Source: Minisyncoccota bacterium (GTDB taxonomy: Bacteria > Patescibacteriota > Minisyncoccia > Phycocordibacterales > UBA9973). From it: 64,000 bases of DNA. The notes beneath the pieces are model-generated. The model saw only the letters and a program-made list of their open reading frames with translations, searched no databases and had not been told where the DNA came from. Below, piece by piece: positions 37,765 to 46,102 of the stretch (positions within the stretch are counted from its first letter, which is position 1; each line of letters begins with the position of its first letter). The stretch lies in NCBI GenBank assembly GCA_041659785.1, contig JBAZXO010000001.1, positions 86,941-150,940 on the forward strand. Direction: 5' to 3'. A program made the position numbers and the translations under genes.

Positions 37765-38645
37765 TGAAAAAAGTTATTGTAATATTGGGACAGACTGCTA
37801 CAGGTAAAAGTAATTTGGCTGTTAAGATTGCTAAGAAAATAAGTGGCGAGATAATTTCTGCTGATTCTAGGCAAGTTTATAAAGGTCTAGATATCGGCTC
37901 AGGTAAAATATCTAAAAAAGATATGAAGGGCATACCCCACTATCTACTTGATGTGGCAAATCCTAAAAATAAATTTACCGTCACAGAATTCCAACAAAAA
38001 GCAATCTACGCTATCGCTGAGATTATAAAAAATGGCAAGACACCCATCATTTGTGGAGGAACAGGATTTTATCTTGATGCTATAACTAAAGGCGTAGTTT
38101 TCCCCGAAGTTCCACCAAATATTAAACTTCGAAAAATTTTAGAAAAGAAATCTGAAATAGAATTAATCAAAATATTAAAAAAACTTGACCTCAGGCGCGC
38201 TAAAAATATTGATGTAAAAAATAAAGTCCGCCTGATTAGAGCGATAGAGATAGCTAAGGCCTTGGGTAAGGTTCCCGAGGTGACAGAGATGAAACCCATT
38301 TATAAATTTATAAAAATAGGATTGTATTTACCTGAAAATTTACTGAAAAAAAATATAGAAAAAAGGGTAAAAAAGATGTTTAAAGACGGCTTACTAAATG
38401 AAATAAAAAAACTTAAAAAGCCTGCCCGCCTTGGAGGGGCTGGGATTTCTAAGAAAAGGCTTCAAGAATTCGGCTTCGAATACAATGAACCCACTTATGA
38501 AAAAGTCGTAATAGAAACACTTAAATATGCCAAAAGACAAATGACTTGGTTTAAACGCGACAAAGAAATAAAATGGGTGGATGCCAGTCTCGCCGAGCCT
38601 AGGCAGACATCGAAAAATACAGATGCTATAATTAAAAAATTATGA
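37764..38645 (+). CDS. miaA: tRNA dimethylallyltransferase
   Basis: GQTATGKS, ISADSRQVY, GGTGFY and YAKRQMTWF. Confidence 0.96.
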   Translation: MKKVIVILGQTATGKSNLAVKIAKKISGEIISADSRQVYKGLDIGSGKISKKDMKGIPHYLLDVANPKNKFTVTEFQQKAIYAIAEIIKNGKTPIICGGTGFYLDAITKGVVFPEVPPNIKLRKILEKKSEIELIKILKKLDLRRAKNIDVKNKVRLIRAIEIAKALGKVPEVTEMKPIYKFIKIGLYLPENLLKKNIEKRVKKMFKDGLLNEIKKLKKPARLGGAGISKKRLQEFGFEYNEPTYEKVVIETLKYAKRQMTWFKRDKEIKWVDASLAEPRQTSKNTDAIIKKL

Positions 38646-38983
38646 AAACATTAATACATTTTATTGTTTCTACTTTAGCCATATTAATAACAGCTTATTT
38701 TTTACCAGGAGTACATGTAACGGGTCTACTCGCTGCGCTTGTGTTAGCAGTCGTACTAGGAGCCATCAATGTTATCTTGCGTCCAATACTAATATTCCTT
38801 ACATTGCCACTCACAATAATAACACTCGGCCTTTCTGTGCTGTTTATCAATGGCTTTCTTGTAATGCTCGCGAGCTATATCGTGCCTGGATTTAAAGTAG
38901 ATAGTTTCTGGTGGGCATTTTTATTCGGCATTGTCCTCGCTATCGTAAACTGGGTTTTGCAAATGTTTGAACAAGGAGAATAA
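38642..38983 (+). CDS. YvlD-like 4-TM membrane protein (phage holin superfamily)
   Basis: N..LRPIL..LTLPLTI.TLGL and VPGF.VDSFWWA. Confidence 0.85.
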   Translation: MKTLIHFIVSTLAILITAYFLPGVHVTGLLAALVLAVVLGAINVILRPILIFLTLPLTIITLGLSVLFINGFLVMLASYIVPGFKVDSFWWAFLFGIVLAIVNWVLQMFEQGE

Positions 38984-39010
38984 AAATTGTTAAGTATTAA
39001 TACGTTAATA

Positions 39011-39039
39011 TTGACAAATAACACTTAGAATGCTATTAT
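39011..39039 (+). promoter_or_regulatory. Sigma70-type promoter
   Basis: TTGACA-17 nt-TATTAT with a TG extension. Confidence 0.75.
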
Positions 39040-39195
39040 ATTTTTAAATAAAATGTTCCTTAAATAAATATTAGCAAGGAAAGTATTTTGGTGGTAGCAC
39101 AATGAAAATCTAAATTAAGGAGGTTTTTATCGCGCTACCACCAAAAAACCCTGTAGCTTTGAGGGTGGACGAGATTCCACAACACAGGAGAATAC

Positions 39196-39684
39196 ATGCG
39201 CGATTTGAAATTTATCCAAAACCTTGAGGTTTATACCTCATCTGTTACCCATAAGGAGCTCAGCCAGGAAGCAGCAAGGTTGAAGCCCCCTGCTCTGAAT
39301 GGTGGAAAATTTGTTGGGATTCTTCCCGAGCCGCTCAGATGGCTCTGGGCCTACATTTCTCGCACCCAGAAAAACCTCGAGGAGAGGATCAACAAAATTG
39401 ACCTGGAGATGCTCAGCAAAAATACAAAGGAGAAAAACGCTGCTCTCGACGATGAAATTCAAGCTTCCATCCAAGAGATTCGGAATCTGTACGATTTTTT
39501 CTGGATCGCTACGTGTAGCGAGCTCAACCTCCAGAATAACCACAATTTCAGCGTATGCAAGGATTGGGCGATCCACTACGCCGACCCCATCTGCATTGGC
39601 AGCAGGGATGGTCACCCGGAAGAAGGCATCAGCCTTTCGATTCATTTTATCGACATCTCCGACCTCTTCAAAAACCACAACTAG
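39196..39684 (+). CDS. Orphan hypothetical protein
   Basis: AGGAG SD, own promoter and terminator; visibly more GC-rich than its neighbours. Confidence 0.7.
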   Translation: MRDLKFIQNLEVYTSSVTHKELSQEAARLKPPALNGGKFVGILPEPLRWLWAYISRTQKNLEERINKIDLEMLSKNTKEKNAALDDEIQASIQEIRNLYDFFWIATCSELNLQNNHNFSVCKDWAIHYADPICIGSRDGHPEEGISLSIHFIDISDLFKNHN

Positions 39685-39704
39685 CCCATCAATCACCCAC
39701 CCAT

Positions 39705-39734
39705 GCCCCGGCCAAAAGCTGGGGTTGTTTTTTT
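39705..39734 (+). terminator. Intrinsic terminator
   Basis: gccccggc-caaaa-gctggggt followed by a T tract. Confidence 0.75.
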
Positions 39735-40002
39735 ATTTAGTAAAATTTTTAATCCACCACTTTTTAATAAAAGGCAAAGATTGAACAGAGATAAAATACC
39801 CTATTGGTGGAACAAGAGCATTTAAATAATAATTTCCTGTCCCGATAAAATACAAAACTTTTACTGCAATTAAATAGATAATTGCTGAAATAAGTAAAAC
39901 GCGAAAATAACTTGTCTCCCAGGCTTTATCAGCTTCCACTCTTAAATTTCTCTCTTTAATAAGTTCAACTTCTTTTTCTAATTTTTGAATTCTTTCTTCC
40001 AT
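39733..40002 (-). CDS. Conserved hypothetical membrane protein
   Basis: ERN.RVEADKAWETS motif plus two TM helices. Confidence 0.75.
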   Translation of the reverse strand: MEERIQKLEKEVELIKERNLRVEADKAWETSYFRVLLISAIIYLIAVKVLYFIGTGNYYLNALVPPIGYFISVQSLPFIKKWWIKNFTK

Positions 40003-40021
40003 AAAATTATTTATTAAGCGG

Positions 40022-40092
40022 CGGGCGATGAGGGAATCGGACCCCCGCCAAAGGTTTTGGAGACCTTCGTTCTACCACTAAACTAATCGCCC
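40022..40092 (-). tRNA. tRNA-Trp(CCA)
   Basis: GGGCGAT/ATCGCCC acceptor stem, anticodon loop CTCCAAA, T loop TCCGATT. Confidence 0.92.
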
Positions 40093-40167
40093 GTATGATT
40101 TAAATAACAAAAAACGACCCTAGGTCGTTTTAGTATAGCAGAAAAGCAAAGAAAATATAAGCAAAAT

Positions 40168-40326
40168 CTATTTTTTGACTTCCTTATGCTTCGTCTGCTT
40201 TCGGCACCATTTGCAGTATTTTTTAAGCTCGATTTTTTTAGTAACGAGTTTCTTGTTCTTGCTGGACCAGTAATTTATCCTTTTGCAAGTCGTACAGGCA
40301 AGTTTTATAAGTCTATCTTGTGACAT
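40168..40326 (-). CDS. rpmG: 50S ribosomal protein L33 (missed by ORF track)
   Basis: Manual translation MSQDRLIKLACTTCKRINYWSSKNKKLVTKKIELKKYCKWCRKQTKHKEVKK; zinc-ribbon type. Confidence 0.95.
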   Translation of the reverse strand: MSQDRLIKLACTTCKRINYWSSKNKKLVTKKIELKKYCKWCRKQTKHKEVKK

Positions 40327-40362
40327 GTATATAGATTAATATAAAAAACGATTAAATGCAAG

Positions 40363-41541
40363 CTAAATAACGACTCTAGGCAACAGAGCACTAATACGTG
40401 TAGTTATTTCATAATTAATAGTATTTATACGCAAGGCCAACTCTTCGGCTGTAATTTCTTCCTTATTTTGAGCCCCGATAATTATAACTTCATCTTCTAC
40501 TTTTACATTTTTAAGATGGCTAACATTTACTACCAGCATATTCATCATTACTCGTCCTAATATTTTACATTTTGTGCCACTAATTAAGACAAAGCCATTA
40601 TTCGAAAAACCACGATCAAATCCATCAGCATAACCCTGAGGAATGATGGCAACTTTGGTTTCCTTGTTTGTTTTATAAGTTAAACCATAACCAATGGTGT
40701 TCCCTTTCGGTAAAGTTTTAATTTGTGCAATTTTTGTTTTCCAAGAGAGTACAGGCTTCAAACTAAATTTAGTTTTATAAAAATCTTTCAAATGCTCCGA
40801 AGGCCACAGGCCATACACACCGATACCAAGACGTACAAGTGGATGAATTCCTTCGCTCTTTTCATAAACCAAGAGTCCAGAAGTTGCAGAGATATGTGTT
40901 AGGAAGCTTGCCCCGCCTTGGCGTGGGTTTTTAAAACCATTTTCTTCTGCAATAGAGAGAGCTTTCTTATATTCTAAAATTTGTTTCTTTGCATGAGAGA
41001 AATCAGTGGTGTCTTCAATGTTCGCAAAGTGCGCATACATACCAGTAAGTTTTATAAATCCTGCCCGTCCTTTGACGTGGTTATGTTTTTTAATTTCTGC
41101 AAAAAGTTTAGGTAGTTCTTTCAAGAGAAAACCTTCTCTGCCGAGATAAGCATCTACTGGCACATGAATTTCTTGAACCTTTTTTAACATTTCAGCCATG
41201 GCTGAAATGTGTTCTAATTGATCTAAAGAAAAAACTGATAATACGCAACCTAATTTAATGGCTTCTTTTAAATCTAATTTTTGTACGTATCCTAAGACCA
41301 ATGTCTTTTTTGAGCTTATTTTACGTAATAATTTAAGCTCCTCGATACTATCAACTTGAAAATAGTCTACATGGGGTTCTAATATTTTTGCTATTTCATT
41401 CTGTCCGTGGCCATAAGCATTACCCTTTATGGCAACAGAAAATTTAGTTCCCTTTTTAGCTACACTTTTTAAAACTTTGATATTATGAATCAAATTTTTA
41501 CTAGAAAGTTCTATATATGAAAGTGGTAAATCTTTTTTCAC
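40363..41541 (-). CDS. alr: Alanine racemase
   Basis: IKGNAYGHG, VRLGIGVYG, GYADG, GRVMMN and TINYE. Confidence 0.95.
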   Translation of the reverse strand: MKKDLPLSYIELSSKNLIHNIKVLKSVAKKGTKFSVAIKGNAYGHGQNEIAKILEPHVDYFQVDSIEELKLLRKISSKKTLVLGYVQKLDLKEAIKLGCVLSVFSLDQLEHISAMAEMLKKVQEIHVPVDAYLGREGFLLKELPKLFAEIKKHNHVKGRAGFIKLTGMYAHFANIEDTTDFSHAKKQILEYKKALSIAEENGFKNPRQGGASFLTHISATSGLLVYEKSEGIHPLVRLGIGVYGLWPSEHLKDFYKTKFSLKPVLSWKTKIAQIKTLPKGNTIGYGLTYKTNKETKVAIIPQGYADGFDRGFSNNGFVLISGTKCKILGRVMMNMLVVNVSHLKNVKVEDEVIIIGAQNKEEITAEELALRINTINYEITTRISALLPRVVI

Positions 41542-41545
41542 AATA

Positions 41546-42511
41546 TTATTTAACAGTAGTTTTTAATTTCTGTTCTCTTTTAAATCTCTCAATTGCAAGA
41601 TTAATTAATTTATCTAAAAGCTTCGGCAATGGTAGTCCACTTGCTTCCCACAACTTCGGATACATACTGATAGCAGTAAATCCAGGTAAGGTATTTATCT
41701 CATTTACTAGAACATCTCCATTTTTTTTCAGGAAAAAGTCTACTCGACTTAAGCCTTCACAATTTAACGTTTGGAATGTTTTAATAGCCAATTCTTGAAT
41801 TTTCTTTGTTGTTTTTTTATCAATCTTTGCGGGAATTTCTGCCACTGATCCAGCATCTATATACTTCGCGTCATAAGAATAAAAATCTTGATTAGCAATA
41901 ATCTCACCAGGAATAGATGCTATGGGCATATCATTACCTAATAGAGCACATTCTATCTCTCGTCCTTTTATAAATTCTTCAATAATTATTTTTGAATCGT
42001 ATTTAAATGCATCACTAATTCCTTTTTTAAATTCTTTTTCATTTCGTACTTTACTTATCCCTACTGATGAACCCATATTGGCGGGTTTAATAAACATTGG
42101 CGAACCTAATTCCTTTTTTATTTTATTAAAATTTATTTTGTCATTTTCCTTAATAGCAACAAATTTTCCAATTGGAATGCCTGCGTCTCGAAGAATTCTT
42201 TTCATTATCTCTTTATCCATACCGACAGCTGAACCAAGAACACTGGGACCAATAAATGGCACCCCTGCGAGCTTCAGAAGTCCTTGCATACTACCATCTT
42301 CACCAAAAGGTCCATGCATTACTGGAAAAATAACATCAAAATTTTTAATAATGTTTAAATTAAATTTACCAGATCTATCTATTTTTATTGGAGTTACTAG
42401 ATATTTTGTTTTATCTAGGGCATTTATCACATTCTTTGCAGACACCAAAGACACCTCGTGCTCGGCTGATTTGCCTCCGAAAAGGACACCAATTTTTATT
42501 TTCCTTATCAT
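41546..42511 (-). CDS. ddl: D-alanine--D-alanine ligase
   Basis: GGKSAEHEVS, HGPFGEDG, GSSVG and NEINTLPGFT. Confidence 0.96.
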   Translation of the reverse strand: MIRKIKIGVLFGGKSAEHEVSLVSAKNVINALDKTKYLVTPIKIDRSGKFNLNIIKNFDVIFPVMHGPFGEDGSMQGLLKLAGVPFIGPSVLGSAVGMDKEIMKRILRDAGIPIGKFVAIKENDKINFNKIKKELGSPMFIKPANMGSSVGISKVRNEKEFKKGISDAFKYDSKIIIEEFIKGREIECALLGNDMPIASIPGEIIANQDFYSYDAKYIDAGSVAEIPAKIDKKTTKKIQELAIKTFQTLNCEGLSRVDFFLKKNGDVLVNEINTLPGFTAISMYPKLWEASGLPLPKLLDKLINLAIERFKREQKLKTTVK

Positions 42512-42537
42512 AGAAAACAGTATACTCCGATTTTATC

Positions 42538-43638
42538 TTAGAGCAATTTAACTACATCATGATAAGTGATGATGATCATGAGCAAAATCAGAAGACCAAA
42601 ACCAATCATATTTGCAGTATTGGCAACTTTGGGATTCATCCTTGAGCCTTTAATTTTTTCGATAAGTAAAAAGAATAATCGTCCGCCATCAAGCGCTGGA
42701 AATGGAAGCAAATTTATTATAGCGAGGTTAATTGAAATTAAAGCTGCAAAAGAAAGAAGATAAACAAAACCAAACTGATAAGCATCTCCGACGATACCTA
42801 CCATTCCGACTGGCCCAGTAACAGCAGCAAAGCTACCTTTACCCCTTATACCCTCATAAATAAGCGTATAAAGCCCAACAGCGGTACCTTTAGTCATATT
42901 CCAGTCTAAACGCAGCCCCTCAAAAATAGCTGTAAAAAAGGGCAATTTAGCCGTCCCAATCTCATCCATAGATATACCTATTGCAGGCTTTCCATCAGTA
43001 GGGCTCACGACTGGAGTTACTTTCGCTAAATTAATCTCTGTATTTTTACCACGTATATATCCGATATCAATTTCTTTTCCCCCACTTCCAACAACAAAAG
43101 ATTTAATAGACTCGGGACTTACGAAGGTCGTAAAATTGTCACCACTTTTTATATTTACAATTTTGTCTCCAATCTTTAATCCAGCTTTTTCCGCAGGAGA
43201 TTTCGCTAAAACAGAAACGACTACTAAATTTATATCTTGGAGTTTAAAACCCGCTCTTTCACTACCAACTGAAGTCGGAAGTCCAGACATAAAACCAATA
43301 GAAAACAAAAGCCAAGCTAATAAAAAGTTAGCGAAGATTCCAGCAAATAGAACTATCGCTTGTTTCCATTTTGCTTTATTTACGAAACTTCTCTCAGCAT
43401 CAGGGCCAGTAGTGTTTTCTTCATCTGGATTCTCACCAAAAATTTTAACAAAGCCACCAATAGGTAATAAATTAAAAGTATATTCCGTCTCCCCTTTTTT
43501 AAAACCAAATAACTTTGGCGGAAAGCCAAAACCAAATTCATCTACTCTAATACCAAACTTTTTCGCAGTAAAAAAATGCCCAAACTCGTGGACTAAAACT
43601 AATACCAATAAAATTACGATAAAAATTACGATACTCAT
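42538..43638 (-). CDS. rseP: Site-2 protease RseP
   Basis: HEFGH, PDZ domain and NLLPFPALDGG. Confidence 0.93.
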   Translation of the reverse strand: MSIVIFIVILLVLVLVHEFGHFFTAKKFGIRVDEFGFGFPPKLFGFKKGETEYTFNLLPIGGFVKIFGENPDEENTTGPDAERSFVNKAKWKQAIVLFAGIFANFLLAWLLFSIGFMSGLPTSVGSERAGFKLQDINLVVVSVLAKSPAEKAGLKIGDKIVNIKSGDNFTTFVSPESIKSFVVGSGGKEIDIGYIRGKNTEINLAKVTPVVSPTDGKPAIGISMDEIGTAKLPFFTAIFEGLRLDWNMTKGTAVGLYTLIYEGIRGKGSFAAVTGPVGMVGIVGDAYQFGFVYLLSFAALISINLAIINLLPFPALDGGRLFFLLIEKIKGSRMNPKVANTANMIGFGLLILLMIIITYHDVVKLL

Positions 43639-43644
43639 AGATAT

Positions 43645-44196
43645 TTATCCCATTACTTCTTTTTCTTTTTTCTCGAAAGTTGCTTCTAGATTACCATTCG
43701 TCTCAGTAATGATCTTTTGCAATTCTTCTTTCGCGCGGAATCTCTCGTCTTCGGTCATCTTGGCCTCTTTCTCTAATTTCTCTATATCTACCACTACTGC
43801 TTCGCGTTCTTTCCGTACAATGATTCTACTTTCTTCTAATTTTTCTTTTAGAACTTTTACAAGGGTTTTTCTTGTGTCAGTAGTCAATTGCGGAAAGATA
43901 ACTCTTATGCCCTGATCATCAGTAGCTACAGATAAGCCTAAATTTGAGCCCACGATAGCTTTCTCAATACCTTTTATCTGGCTTTTATCCCAAGGAGCAA
44001 CACGTAATGTTTTCGGATCTTCGATAGACACAGAAGCTACGTTTTTGAGTGGAACATAAGCGCCATATGATTCGACAGATACACCATCGAGTATCATAGG
44101 TGAAGCTCGCCCAATGTTTAATTGACTATATTCCTTACCTAAAAAGTCTTCTACCTTTTTAAGTTCTGCTTTAAAATTTGAAAAATTGTATTGCAT
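43645..44196 (-). CDS. frr: Ribosome recycling factor
   Basis: GRASP.ILD, PWDK..IK.IEKAI and PQLT. Confidence 0.95.
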   Translation of the reverse strand: MQYNFSNFKAELKKVEDFLGKEYSQLNIGRASPMILDGVSVESYGAYVPLKNVASVSIEDPKTLRVAPWDKSQIKGIEKAIVGSNLGLSVATDDQGIRVIFPQLTTDTRKTLVKVLKEKLEESRIIVRKEREAVVVDIEKLEKEAKMTEDERFRAKEELQKIITETNGNLEATFEKKEKEVMG

Positions 44197-44224
44197 GGCT
44201 TTATTGTATCATGTAAAAGTTAAT

Positions 44225-44986
44225 TTAAAAAATGGGGATAATTAATGTCAGAGACTCCATCAAACTCTTAGTGGAACTCCCGGGCATACGCAGAAGTTCC
44301 CGAACTTTAAAAATATGTTGAAAGCAAGTTTGTAAATTATTTTGAACATGGAAGGTTCCATCTGAAGGATGGAGTAAAATGGAAAAATCATTTACAAACT
44401 TGTTATGCAAAGAAACTTCCAGCTCATTTAGAAACTTTAAAGCTTTAGCACGGCTTGAGTTTAAAACAATAATTTCATTTCCTTCTTCGTCTTCTTCATC
44501 AGGTGCAGCAATTAATTCTTTAATAAACTCAATCCTATCTCGTAGTGGCATCATGATAAATTTCTCAGCTTCTTTTGTATCTCCCTTCTCACTAGAAAAT
44601 GAAGAAATTAAATAAAACCTAGAAACTAGGGTCCGTAAAAGAGCATTTGCATCTGGTACTATAAGGAAAAAATGGGTATCTTGTATTGGCTCTTCAAACA
44701 TTTTCAATAAGCTATTTTGTGCTTCGAGTAAAAAACTGTTAGCAGAAACAATAAATACCTTTTTCCCTGAGGAAAAACTTTTCTGATTTGCATAAGACTT
44801 TAAATTACGAGCATCTTCGATTTTAAAAGAATCTAGCTGAATATGAACAAAGTCTGGATTACCGACAGTGTCTATCCCTAAACTTTTTAAAAATTCTATA
44901 ATCTCAAGAGAAACAACATCACTCACCCCTTCTATCAAATATGCGTGATGCAAATTATTTTTATCTAAGTGTTGTGAAATATTCAT
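44225..44986 (-). CDS. holB: DNA polymerase III delta-prime-like subunit
   Basis: HHAYLIEG, NPDF, EAQNSLLKMFEEP and TLVSR. Start set at MNISQ. Confidence 0.75.
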   Translation of the reverse strand: MNISQHLDKNNLHHAYLIEGVSDVVSLEIIEFLKSLGIDTVGNPDFVHIQLDSFKIEDARNLKSYANQKSFSSGKKVFIVSANSFLLEAQNSLLKMFEEPIQDTHFFLIVPDANALLRTLVSRFYLISSFSSEKGDTKEAEKFIMMPLRDRIEFIKELIAAPDEEDEEGNEIIVLNSSRAKALKFLNELEVSLHNKFVNDFSILLHPSDGTFHVQNNLQTCFQHIFKVRELLRMPGSSTKSLMESLTLIIPIF

Positions 44987-44994
44987 CGATTTTG

Positions 44995-45039
44995 TGTCGG
45001 ACGTCCAACGTCTAGAATTCGGACGTTGGACGTCCGACA
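44995..45039. repeat. 18-bp inverted repeat with self-palindromic arms
   Basis: tgtcggacgtccaacgtc-tagaattcg-gacgttggacgtccgaca. Confidence 0.9.
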
Positions 45040-45042
45040 AGA

Positions 45043-46056
45043 TTATTTTTTACTTAAAACTGTCTTTTTATAGACGTCCAAATGTTCTAGAGCGATACCT
45101 GTACCCTTAACTACACAAAAAAGAGAATCTTCTGCGAGAGTTGCTTTAACTCCCGTTTTCCGATAAACCAAATCTGTAAAATTACGTAATTGAGATGAAC
45201 CACCAGTCATGATAATTCCATGGTCAATAATATCGGAAGCGAGCTCTGGAGGAGTTTCTTGTAAGACGTCTTTTATTGCTTTTATGATCTGCCTTAATTC
45301 TGCATCTATGGCTTTGACTATTTCATTCGTCCCCACCTGAGCTGACCTTGGTAATCCTTGTATAAAATCTCTACCTTTTATGGTGACACGAAGTTCTTCA
45401 TCTAAAGCAACAGCTGCGCCAATTTTAATTTTTACTTCTTCGGCAGTTCTATCACCGATAGCTAAGTTGAAAGTTTTTTTAATATAGTCCGCAATAGCAG
45501 CATCTATTTTATTTCCAGCAAATTTAACTGAAGTAGAAGCCACAATTCCACCGAGAGATATCACTGCTACGTCTGTCGTACCACCTCCGATATCGACTAC
45601 CATATAACCCTTTGATTCATAAATAGGAATACCTGCACCGATAGCTGCTAAGATTGGCTCCTTAACCACGTACGCATTCTTGGCACCAGCACGTAATGCT
45701 GCTTCTATGACCGCTCTTCTTTCGGTCGAAGTCACTCCTGCTGGAACAGATATCATTACATCTGGTTTAAAGAAACTGAATTTTCCCATCGCTTTACTAA
45801 TAAAATAACGAAGCATCGCTTCAGTTACTCGGTAGTCTGCAATTACTCCATCTTTCATTGGACAATAAGTTATTATTGAGTCTGGAGTTTTACCTATCAT
45901 GTCCTTAGCTTCAAAACCAATTGCCACAATTTTATTGTCTTGCTCAGAAACCGCTACAACAGAAGGCTCGTTTAGAACGATACCCTTGCCCGGTACGAAT
46001 ACTAGAGTATTTGCTGTGCCTAAATCTATTCCTAATTTACGTGAAAAAAATCCCAT
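45043..46056 (-). CDS. mreB: Rod shape-determining protein MreB
   Basis: GIDLGTANT, EPSVVA and DIGGGTTDVA. Confidence 0.96.
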   Translation of the reverse strand: MGFFSRKLGIDLGTANTLVFVPGKGIVLNEPSVVAVSEQDNKIVAIGFEAKDMIGKTPDSIITYCPMKDGVIADYRVTEAMLRYFISKAMGKFSFFKPDVMISVPAGVTSTERRAVIEAALRAGAKNAYVVKEPILAAIGAGIPIYESKGYMVVDIGGGTTDVAVISLGGIVASTSVKFAGNKIDAAIADYIKKTFNLAIGDRTAEEVKIKIGAAVALDEELRVTIKGRDFIQGLPRSAQVGTNEIVKAIDAELRQIIKAIKDVLQETPPELASDIIDHGIIMTGGSSQLRNFTDLVYRKTGVKATLAEDSLFCVVKGTGIALEHLDVYKKTVLSKK

Positions 46057-46102
46057 AGGGCTAATATAACACATATTTATGCTAGAATGAAATTATTAAA
46101 AT

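Noticed and set aside
38642-38983. Holin as evidence of a prophage
   Set aside because: YvlD-like proteins are common chromosomal genes, and no phage genes lie nearby.
39238-39784. Overlapping alternative and antisense ORFs around the orphan gene
   Set aside because: Expected in a locally GC-richer, stop-poor gene; only 39196 has an SD, promoter and terminator.
44987-45040. MSDVQRPNSRRWTSDT extension on the HolB-like ORF
   Set aside because: It is read-through of the intergenic palindrome from a TTG, not a likely start.
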